Shown piece by piece: positions 53,477 to 64,000 of a stretch of DNA of 64,000 nt. Both the position numbers and the translations under genes were made by a program. Numbering within the stretch: position 1 is the first letter of the stretch; every line of letters begins with the position of its first letter. Location: the NCBI GenBank assembly GCA_964016885.1, contig OZ024745.1:128898001-128962000 (forward strand), written 5' to 3'. The notes under the pieces are model-generated. The model was not told the origin of the DNA and did not search any database. It worked only from the letters and a program-made list of their open reading frames with translations. This DNA comes from Eledone cirrhosa (taxonomy: Eukaryota).

Positions 53477-53494
53477 ATATATATATATATATAT

Positions 53495-53920
53495 CATCAT
53501 CATCACCGTTCTTCCACGCTAGCATGGGTTAGACGGGTTGTCCTGTTGTGGGCAGTGTCTGGTCGGCTGACCATGCCTTGCTCATACAGGAACTGATTTG
53601 GCTTGATTTCTACAGCTGGATGCCCTTCCAAACACCAACCTCATTTACAGTGAGTGCTGGGTGCTTTTTCGTGGCGCCTACACGTCCACTTTACAGTGTG
53701 GGCTAGGTGCTTTTTTGCCGTGGCACCTCCACGACCACCTTGCAGTGGGAGGGTGGGGAGCATATTTTCTATATGCTTCAGCTTGTACCCATGGGAGGTC
53801 GGGTACTCTGTATTACTGCGTGACGCCAGAGGTCATGGTCGTGTGTCATCGCCTTTGAGAGGTGTGATTGGGTAAGGTCAGCTTTTATCACCTCATCCCA
53901 GGTCATCTTGGGTCTCCCCA
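53495..53920 (-). mobile_element. RTE LINE 3' end with (GAT)n tail
   Basis: Minus strand reads GRPKMTWDEVIKADLTQSHLSKAMTHDHDLWRHAVIQ, followed by the shared tail. Confidence 0.8.
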
Positions 53921-53927
53921 CTCCACG

Positions 53928-54317
53928 GGGCACATGGCTTAGTGGTTAGAGCATTGGCCTTGCAATCGAAAGGTTGTGAGTTCAATTCTCAGACCGGGTG
54001 ATGTGTTGTTTCCTTGAGCAAGACACTTTAGTTCACATTGCTCCAGTTTACTCAGCTGTAGAAATAATAATAGGAATGATAGGGACCCCAGTCCCTATCA
54101 TTCCACTGCAAAGTGGTCGTGGAGGCACAATGGCAAAAAAGCACCCAGCACTCTCTGTAAAGTGGACGTAGAGGTGCCATGGAAAAAAAAAGCACCCAGC
54201 ACTCACTGTAAATGAGGTTGGTGTTAGGAAGGGCATCCAGCTGTAGAAATCAAGCCAGAATCAGTTCCCGTCCCACCCTTGCAGCAGGGAAAAGTGGACG
54301 TAAAATAATGATGATGA
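53928..54317 (+). mobile_element. Family B CORE-type SINE with RTE tail
   Basis: Close homologue of 32597-32965 with one extra internal ~48-bp unit. Confidence 0.85.
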
Positions 54318-54779
54318 TATATTTATATGAATGGTTGTTTTGTTCTTTATGCAGTATGTTATGTGTGCCCTCTCAATTTCGGGGTGTTCTATTGTACTTA
54401 AGGTCCTAGCTATCAGTGAGCCCTCTCAAAGTTGGGTTAACAGCCCACCAAACACCTCTAGTATCCTGTTTTTTTTATTTAGAATTTTTTGAGATATTAA
54501 AAAATTTAAATCTGTGTATGTATGTATGTATGTATGTATGTCTGTGTGTGAGTGTATGTCTGTGTGTGTGTGAGTGTATGTCTGTGTGTGTGAATGTAAT
54601 GTGTCTGATTGTACATCACATAATCATGTATGGATACGTGTTATTATTCAGTAACAGTATATATATTTATCATCGTTTTTAGGTCTGCTTTTCCATGTTT
54701 GTATATATATATATATATGTGTATAGGTTTATATATATGTATTTATTTATATATATATATGTGTGTGTGTGTATAGGTT

Positions 54780-54816
<37 letters not shown>

Positions 54817-55115
54817 ATAGGGTTATATATATGTGTATATATATATATATATATGTGTGTGTATAGGTTTATATATATTTGTATATATATATGTGTGTGT
54901 ATAGGTTTATATATATGTATGTATATATATATATATATGTATGTATGTATAGGTTTGTATGTATGTATGTATGTATAGGTTTATATTTATTTATGTATGT
55001 ATGTATAGGTTTATATATGTATGTATGTATAGGTTTATATATATATGTATGTATAGGTTTATATATATATATATGTATGTATAGGTTTATATATATGTTT
55101 ATATAAATGTACATA

Positions 55116-55168
<53 letters not shown>

Positions 55169-55219
55169 ATATATATATATATATGTGTGTATATATATAT
55201 ATATGTGTATATATATATA

Positions 55220-55265
<46 letters not shown>

Positions 55266-55422
55266 TATATATATATATACACATATGTATATATATATAT
55301 ACACATATATATGTATATATCATTTTGTAAACCATTTCCAAAGAGTGTATGAGGTTGAAGGAAGAAAAAGAGAGTGAATGAAATAGTTAGGTAGGGGTGT
55401 GTGTGTGTGTCTCCGTGAGCAG

Positions 55423-55457
<35 letters not shown>

Positions 55458-56621
55458 CAGCATGTATGTCTCTCTCTGTATACAGTATGTGTGTGAAGGA
55501 GTAGATTGAGAAGTGGTAGTGCACAAATTGCCATAATTGAATTCTGCTCTCATAATCTATATTGATTTGATTTTGCCAGAGCTAAAATTGGATAGCAATG
55601 TAGTGGTGGTGTTGTAGTAGTAGTGGTGTGGTGTGGTGGTAGTAGTGGTGTGGTGGTGTGGTGTGGTGTTGTAGTGGTGTGGTGTCGTTCTCTCTTCCCC
55701 CTTTGGTCAGCACATTTGCTATCCTATCCTACCAACTCCATTTTCTCTTTCATCTCCAACTTCATTTGTAGTTATTGTTGTTGTTGTTGTTGTTGTTATT
55801 GTTGGAAGATGGTGGCGGTGGTGTGGTGATGTAGTTGAATGAGATGAAGCTTTCTCCTTATCTTTCTTTTTGATTTGATTTATTTATTTTTTTTTTTTTG
55901 ATTTTCCAGTCAGTGTTTATCTTTGGGGAATCATCCAAAGAACCCCTCCCTCTCTGGAATGGATTGTTGGTGCTGATGTGTTGTTGTGGTTATTGTTGTT
56001 ATCCATAATCTGTGAGTGTATGCTATGAATGGTGTAATGCAAAAGTTTAAACTTCTGGGTAGATTAGGGATCATGTCCTAGATTTGTGTCTTTGTTGAAA
56101 TCCAAATCCATTCCCACCCTTTTCTGTGCTTCTCTTCTTTTTGAAGAAAGGCATGAATGCTGCTGCATCCGATTGCCCCCTTTTTTTTTTCTTTTTAAGT
56201 AGTGAAAAATTAGACAAATGACTAGCAGAATCACTCGAATATCAGATAAAAGGTCTTGCTGCATTTGTTCGAGGTCCTTGAATTCTGGGCTCAAATCCCA
56301 CCAAAGTCATTTTTGCCCTTCATCCTTTTAGAGTTGATAAAATGAAATATCTGTCAAGTACTAGGGTTGATTTACCTTCCCTCAAATTTCTGACACTAGA
56401 AACAATTATATTTAGAGCAGTGAAGTGGATGGAGCCTTCTGTAATGAGTTACTGCATTTCATTGAGTTACTGACTTTAACCCTTTAGATACCAGCCCAGC
56501 CAAAACCAGCTCTGGTTCTATCAAATAAAACCCCCTACTGAACAGACATTACAATTAATAGATATAGCTCTTTCTTAGTAGCAATAACATTACATCCCAT
56601 GTCTCTTTCTTTCACTCACAG

Positions 56622-56781
56622 CCTCCATCTCTCTCGCTCTCCCCATCTCCCATTATCATGAGCAAATGGAGGCCCACACGCTGGCGTTTTCCCCTGGAGG
56701 ATGTTGAGCAAGGCGCACTGGAAGAGCCATTCCAGATTGCGAGGCTCACACTTGCGTGCAGCCAACACTGTGCTGACGGTG
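56622..56781 (+). CDS. Possible exon in a GC-rich unique island
   Basis: Pyrimidine tract + CAG acceptor at 56619-56621 and G|GTGAGT donor. Phase 0 is open (PPSLSLSPSPIIMSKWRPTRWRFPLEDVEQGALEEPFQIARLTLACSQHCADG); phase 2 stops after LHLSRSPHLPLS. Confidence 0.4.
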
Positions 56782-57615
56782 GTGAGTAGGGAGGGGGGGT
56801 CCTAGGGCCAAGGACTCCAGGAGTCTCAACTGCCACCGGCTTGACCGCAAACCAGTCGAAGAGCAACCCATAATTGGAGAGTTTGCCCTCCTTGGCCCAA
56901 AGTGCAGCGGAGCCTAGGTTAGTTGCAGACTACACAACATTGCCGCTGCTTGTGGCATCCCCCAAAAATTCTTCATTATTATTGCTACACATTATAATCA
57001 TATTATAATTTTTTAAAATATAGCTTTTTTTTTTTTTAAAGCATTTATATATTCACCACTTCTGTTACCATGACTACCATTACCTCCTACTACTACTACT
57101 ACTACTAATAATAATAATAATACCACTACCACCACTACTACTGCCACCACTGCTACTACTATTCTACTACTACTAACCCCCCCGCCCCCACCTAATTTTT
57201 CTTTTGTTACATTTTGATGAAATTTAATCTATCAGGTTGATCTTTTGATCATTGAAGTTAAATTAAATTAATAGAAGCTTAAAGAGTTTGTATGGTGAAT
57301 TTTCCTTTATATTCTCTCTCTCATCATTCACTCTTTTTGATGGGTCATATTTATAATTGAAATTTTGTTAACAAATTACGGAAATAAAATTTTAATATTT
57401 TCTTTTCTTTTTTTTTTTTTGGTTAAAGAATAATAATTTTCCCTCCATTTAAGTATTTTTCTTTATAATTCAAGCATTCATGCACACATACACACATGTT
57501 CACATACACTCATTCATACACACATGTTCACACACACACATTTATGCAGAAGTTAACTTTCTCTTTTTCATTTTTAAGCCAGTAATTACAAGCTGCAAAC
57601 ATCATTTATTTACAG

Positions 57616-57708
<93 letters not shown>

Positions 57709-58031
57709 CTTTATCTATCTATCTATCTATCTATCCATCCACCTATCTAAAATCCGTGTCCAATTTTTTGCCATGTTGTATGGATTGGTCAAATCACCCC
57801 TCATAAGGGTATCTGTCATCTTAACACACCAGTGCAACAGGAAAAACTTGCCAACTTGTGGATTGTCTACATCATGCATGACAACCATGCGGCCCGCACT
57901 AAGGTTTTTACAGCACGAGCATGTTTTATCTCCATAATATAAAATTAAAAAAATTAGTTGTAATATATGCAATTAATTGTCTGAGAGAAAAGAGTACACA
58001 ATACTAAAGTAGGGTTTTAATATTCATTTGG

Positions 58032-58069
<38 letters not shown>

Positions 58070-58119
58070 CGGTCCCAGGTTCAATCAGGTGTAAACATCA
58101 TGTTTAATAATAGAAATGG

Positions 58120-58166
58120 TTTCTACAGAACTAGAACTGTTTCATTCAAAAGAAATCATCAGGAAA
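58120..58166 (-). ncRNA. Type I hammerhead ribozyme motif with a looped stem III
   Basis: TTTC-CTGATGA-T-TTC/TTTT/GAA-T-GAAA-CAG/TTCTAGTT/CTG-TA-GAAA, in a ~110-bp island between (TG)n and (CA)n. Confidence 0.8.
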
Positions 58167-58180
58167 GCCCTTTCCTGATG

Positions 58181-58292
<112 letters not shown>

Positions 58293-58670
58293 TTACATAC
58301 ACATATATGCATACACACACACATATATGTGTGTGAATTACATACTGTGTGTTTTATGATAGTATTTAAATAGTCTCAATTATAAAACCTTGACCTTAAG
58401 CTGGCACATGTTTGTTTGTATATACACATACATACATATATACATATACATACATATAGTGACCTATACACAATCCTCACCCAGTGCACAGTCATCACTT
58501 TAAACAAGTGTTAGGGTTAGGGTTAGGGACATATGAAACCCTAAAATAGCCTGAGTTGTAAAAATAAATCTGATTATAATGGGTTCCTTATTTTCTTTTC
58601 TTTTTTGTTTCACTAAAACCCTTCATCCTTCTGACTCCATACATATGAATTCTTACTAAAGCCACTTAAG

Positions 58671-58784
<114 letters not shown>

Positions 58785-59027
58785 TCTTTCTCTTCTCTCT
58801 CTCGATGTTTTATTGTTGTATTGATCATAGTCTACTGTAATGATGGTGATGATGATGACAATAGGATTATGTGGGAATATTAATGTGAGAGCTGTATAAT
58901 ACATAGGTACAGTTATATACACAGATATCTACCTCCCTACCTGTCTGTGAGCATGTGTGTGTGTATGTATATATATGTGTGTCTGTGTGTGTATGTATAT
59001 ATATGTGTATCTGTGTGTGTGTGTATA

Positions 59028-59058
<31 letters not shown>

Positions 59059-59164
59059 GTGTGCGTGAAAATAAATTGAAAACAACAGACAATACATTAA
59101 CATGAAAATATATCTTAGTTTAACTCTTTATATAGCAGGTGTGTGTGTATGTACACACGCACAC

Positions 59165-59201
<37 letters not shown>

Positions 59202-59380
59202 GTATAAAGGTAAAGTTCCCACCTGGTACTTAAAGTCAGTCTTTGATATTTTATATTCTCTATCTGTATCTCTGTACCCAGCTTTACTATATAGTCTTCC
59301 CCGAATTCATCAAAACAATTTAATTCATGTGAGTTGACATATTATACATTGGATATTGTGTGTATGTGTAAGCTTAAATA

Positions 59381-59414
<34 letters not shown>

Positions 59415-59585
59415 TCCAGTAAAAACCTGTTAGACCATTCATTACTCACCAGAGTACTTGATACTTGGGGTAATATGAAATAGTCAGGACCTCCACAGCT
59501 GAGCTTTTGCCAATTCAACAGCTAGTTTCGAACAGCTCAGAACTAGTTGTTGAAACGGCAAGAGCTCAGCTGTCGAGGTCCTTAC

Positions 59586-59751
59586 CGGTAGAGGGTCGGA
59601 CGCCATGCTTTGCAGCAAAGAGTTATGGCCCTTTATGGTCTGAGTTCAAATCCCGCCAAGGTTAACTTTGCCTTTCATTCTTACGGGGTTGATAAATAAA
59701 GTACCAGTAATGTACTGGGATAATAACTGGTCTTGTGCCAAAAGTAGAAAC

Positions 59752-59756
<5 letters not shown>
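59586..59756 (+). mobile_element. Family A SINE truncating a palindromic element
   Basis: Consensus match. Confidence 0.85.
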
Positions 59757-59824
<68 letters not shown>

Positions 59825-59856
59825 TACATATAGGAAATTAGTCAGGATATATACAT

Positions 59857-60040
59857 ATAGGAAATTAGTCAGGATCCCACCCTGACAGCTGAGCTCTGGC
59901 TGTTTTGGATCTAGCTGTCGAAACAGCCAGAGCTCAGCTGTCGGGTTCGTGACTCGTTTCCTATTGCCCACTCTACTACCCTAAAGTATCAAGTACTCTG
60001 GTCTTATATGGTCCACCTGGTTCCTTACCACACCTTTGTT
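59857..60040 (+). mobile_element. Palindromic half-hammerhead element (family of 10057-10232)
   Basis: GACAGCTGAGCTCTGGCTGTTT...GAAACAGCCAGAGCTCAGCTGTC followed by the family tail GGTCCACCTGGTTCCTTACCACAC. Confidence 0.75.
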
Positions 60041-60073
60041 ATATATATATAAAACTAGAACTGTTTCATATTA

Positions 60074-60280
60074 CAGGGTGTTTCAAAAAATTTGATGTCA
60101 ATGGCCTGTTCCCAAGCTTGTCACATTGAAATATACATTGTGACTTAATGTTATAACGTGGACTTGTTTTGAGGAATAAATCTTGTGTTACATGGAGCCT
60201 GCTTAGTCTCGTTGCCCTAGACCTTGTAGTTTCTGGGATATTTACATCTCAAATGATATTAAATTTTTTGAAACACCCTG
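60074..60280. mobile_element. Tc1/mariner-type MITE
   Basis: TA flanks and ~27-bp TIRs CAGGGTGTTTCAAAAAATTT. Confidence 0.85.
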
Positions 60281-61907
60281 TATATATATCATCATCATCA
60301 TCATCATCATATGTCTGCTTTTCCCTGCTTGCAAGGGTGATATATATATATATGGTGGCTGCCAACTCGTTTTCGAGTACGGCCCTACTTTATATCCATG
60401 TAGGAGAACCCCTACCGATGCGCTGAACGAGTGTGACATTTTAGTCCAGCCAGCGACTTGAAAACTCTGGTACAAACACTACACTTGTGAAAATTATTGA
60501 CACATAGTGCTGGGCCCATGGTAACATGTGGCGACAAGTGCAGAGAGATCTCCAGATATAAAGCAATGCCTGTGCCGTGAAGATTTTATAGTGAGCAAAG
60601 GCACTGCACAAAGCCAGTCCCACTCTCTTAACCAAGATGATATTTACCAAAAAGAAGAACAAGTCAACATCATTGGATACCATCAGGGTTGCAGGTGTTA
60701 TATCAGAGTTTTCCTTCTCCTAGAATTTGCCTTGACAAAGGCTAAGGCGTCATCTCTCATATATATATATATATACACACATACACATACATGTATGTAT
60801 ATATATATATATATACACACTCATACACACATATTCACACAGATAAATGACCCCATGTAAATAAGCTTCTGTTTCCCCCATCCCATGCCTTCTATGTCTG
60901 TCTGTATCCTTGAGAGACTGAATGTTCTTGAATGTGTGTGTTTGTGTGTGTGTGTGTGTGTGTGCATTTATGTATGTGTGTGTGTATGTGTTTGTGTTTT
61001 CTTTTATAAATTTGTTTAGCTGACCTTCCATGAAATGTCAATTTAATGAGAAGACATGAAATCAATGCTCCTTACCCCCTCTCGTCCTTCCCCTACCCCC
61101 GGGTCCTCCACTTCCCCTCGGCCTCCCCTTCTACTAATTCCACTGCTACCAGTCTCAGTCATCTATCTCAGTAGCAGGTCATGACTAGGTCAGCAATATT
61201 TTTGTTATTTGCTGTTATTTTACTATTTTATTTATTTATTATATACTTATATTTTATTTTATTTTTTAAATGGATTTTTTTTCTTCCTTGATGTTTATTG
61301 TTGTTCTTGTTTCCCTCTCCCTTAAATCTTCCAGTCATGGGTCTCTTTTTTTTTTTTTTTCTTTATTTTTCATCTTTCTCCTTCCTCTTGCAACATTTAC
61401 CTCCTCCCCCACATTTTTTTGCTCTCACCATCTCCTGCTTAATTTAATGACCAGAATCACTACCCCACCACCATCATCACCACTGTGGACATTGCTACCA
61501 CCACCACCACAAACACCAGACACTTGCTTACAAATGTGAAAAGGGGTTCTTCTCTTTGACCCTTTAACAATGACCTTAAGTGACATTCATCACTACTACT
61601 ACTACTACCACCACCACCACTACTGCTACTACTTATCCTATCTACATTGGACCCAAAATTTTGAGACAGTATAAAAGGCCAAATGCATAGGAAAGCAACA
61701 AACTAGAAACAGTAGGGGTTTACAAAAAAGTAAACTATAACAATAACAAACATATTAATGAATAGGGGGTAATAAATAGAACTAACAGTACTATTATTAA
61801 TAGTAAGGATTATATTGTTATTGCCACAAGAAGGGTCAGTACTATAATGATGATAGTGGGAATTTTGTTTGATGGGTTTAGTGTTGCAAGGAAATTTTAG
61901 AAAATCA

Positions 61908-62455
61908 CCCACCCCACACTGTAAAGTGGTCATGTAGGTGTCACAACAAAAAGTTTTCACCCCACACTGTAAAGTGTTCATGTAGGTGTCACAACAAAAA
62001 GTTCCAACTCCACACTGCAAAGTGGTCTTGTAGGTGTCACAACAAAAAGTTCCAACCCCACACTGCAAAGTGGTCTTGTAGGTGTCACAACAAAAAGTTC
62101 CAACCCCACACTGCAAAGTGGTCTTGTAGGTGTCACAACAAAAAGTTCCCACCCCACACTGTGAAGTGGTCTTGTAGTTGTCACAACAAAAAGTTCCCAC
62201 CCCACACTGTGAAGTGGTCTTGTAGGTGTCACAACAAAAAGTTCCCAGCCCACACTGTGAAGTGGTCTTGTAGGTGTCACAACAAAAAGTTCCCACCCCA
62301 CACTGTGAAGTGGTCATGTAGGTGTCACAACAAAAAGTTCCCACCCCACACTGTGAAGTGGTCATGTAGGTGTCACAACAAAAAGTTCCCACCCCACTTG
62401 TGAAGTGGTCTTGTAGTTTTTGTCATGGCAAAAAGCACCCATCCCACACTGTAAA
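61908..62455 (+). repeat. 48-bp minisatellite (~11 copies) derived from the RTE/SINE 3'UTR unit
   Basis: CCCACACTGTGAAGTGGTCTTGTAGGTGTCACAACAAAAAGTT units run directly into the GGCATTAGGAAGG...CAGCTGTAGAAAC tail. Confidence 0.9.
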
Positions 62456-62643
62456 TGTGGCTGGCATTAGGAAGGCCATTCAGCTGTAGAAACCAACCAA
62501 GAAACAGTCCTGTATGAGCAAGACATGTTCACGTGACCTGACTGGTGGCGGTGGTGGTGTCTTTAAAATCAATTAAAAGGTTCCTCCCACTTTGAAATAC
62601 GAAAGGAAAAGTTGGCAAAAGTGACATTTGAACTCCAATATAA

Positions 62644-63275
62644 ATAATTGTTTCTACTTTTGGCACAAGGCTAGCAAATTACCCAGTGTATTACTGGTAC
62701 TTTGTTTTATCGACCCCGTAATGATGAAAGGCAAAGTTGACCTCGGCGGGATTTGAACTCAGAATGGCAAGGGCCGTAACTCAAAGCATGGCCTCCGACC
62801 CTCTACTGATACTGCCATTCCTATAATAATGGTTTCTGATATAGACACAAACAAGGCCAACAATTTGGTGAGAGGAGAAAGTCGATTAAGTCGACCCTAG
62901 TGTGTTACTGGTACTTTATTTTATCGACCAGGTAAGGATGAGAGGTAAAGCTAACCATGGCAGGATTTGAACTCTGAACGTAAAGGGCCATAACTATATG
63001 CTGCAAAGCATGATGTCCGAGATTCTACCACTTTTATCTCCTCCTCCTTTTTCTTTTTCTTTGCCTTCTCCTTTTTTCTTATTTGCCTTCTTCGTCTTCG
63101 TTAACCATGATGTAATATAATTGTTTCTACTTTTGGCACAAGGCCAGCAATTATCCAGTACATTACTGGTACTTTATTTTATCGACCCCGTAAGGATGAA
63201 AGGCAAAGTTAACCTCGGTGGGGTTTCAACTCAGAACTTAAAGGGCCATAACTCTATGCTACTGCTAATCCACCT
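62644..63275 (-). mobile_element. Three family A SINEs
   Basis: Reverse-complement consensus matches at 62644, 62825 and 63117. Confidence 0.85.
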
Positions 63276-63384
63276 GGAGACAGGTAATACTGATAATTTC
63301 AAAGTCGTCCCTTCTTAAAAGCAAACAAACAGCTCTCTATTTATTAAACAAACTGGAAAACAATACTAACATATAGAGAACTTG

Positions 63385-63510
63385 GTGTCGAAACGGCCGG
63401 AGCTCAGCCGTCGGGGTCCTGACTATTCTCCTATTAGCCACTTTACTACCCAAAGTATTGAGTACTTTGGTGCGTTATGGTCCACCTGGTTCCTTACCAC
63501 ACTTCCTTTG
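63385..63510 (+). mobile_element. Single-arm copy of the half-hammerhead element
   Basis: TGTCGAAACGGCCGGAGCTCAGCCGTCGGGGTCCTGAC followed by the family tail. Confidence 0.75.
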
Positions 63511-63723
63511 TTATAGAGACAACATATTATAAGTCCTATGTTTTTGTTATTGGCTACAGGTTTTGGTATTTCCTACAACCTGACTTACGACGTTTCTTCT
63601 GTCTCTGCGAACATGTTTAATGGTTGGCCAGTTAGAATCAAGTGGTCTGTATTTTGTAGATTCTGTGTGTTTACACTCACACACTTATACACACACATCC
63701 ACATATCCAGACACACATACGCG

Positions 63724-63760
<37 letters not shown>

Positions 63761-64000
63761 ACACGCAGCTTTGTTTTCTTCTATTCTGTGTTCTCTTACC
63801 CTATATTTTCAATTTATTTTTACGTGAATTTGAAATTGTTTACTGTTCTTAAAGTCTTTTCTAGTATGCTCATAGGCATAGGTCCCACACACACACACAC
63901 ACGCGCACGCACACGCACACACACGCACACGCACGCACACACACGCACGCACACACACACGCGCGCGCGGGGGAAATGTAGTAGATGCAGAGAAGTTATA

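Noticed and set aside
58511-58528. (TTAGGG)3 telomeric motif
   Set aside because: Only three units, too short to infer telomere healing or fusion.
61703-62392. 229-aa Cys-rich repeat ORF resembling a metallothionein or keratin-associated protein
   Set aside because: Antisense translation of a 48-bp minisatellite derived from a LINE 3'UTR.

Overview
Eukaryotic, very AT-rich, microsatellite-saturated DNA. The repeat content suggests an octopus/cephalopod-type mollusc, which is an inference. Nearly all ORF-track entries are translations of simple repeats and are not genes. The window reads as long introns of a + strand gene: one well-supported 84-nt coding exon (30479-30562), a few weaker exon candidates and a strong recursive-splice-site candidate (CAG|GTAAGT at 11952-11960). 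The rest is tRNA-derived SINEs, 3' ends of two RTE-clade LINE families, piggyBac-like and Tc1/mariner MITEs, minisatellites and a young 615-bp tandem array. The main unexplained signal is a set of more than a dozen intact or near-intact type I hammerhead ribozyme (HHR) motifs, found by eye, in at least eight unrelated short non-coding element families. These elements sit in (TA)n/(CA)n arrays. Many are long fold-back palindromes with a shared asymmetric layout: (TA)n, a unique tail, an inverted arm, the centre, an arm, then (TA)n. This fits non-autonomous Penelope-like/retrozyme elements. Variants include a tandem 39-bp HHR dimer, a U3-A8 core covariant and a family that has lost CUGANGA by fold-back. 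No ribozyme activity, database match or expression could be tested here.
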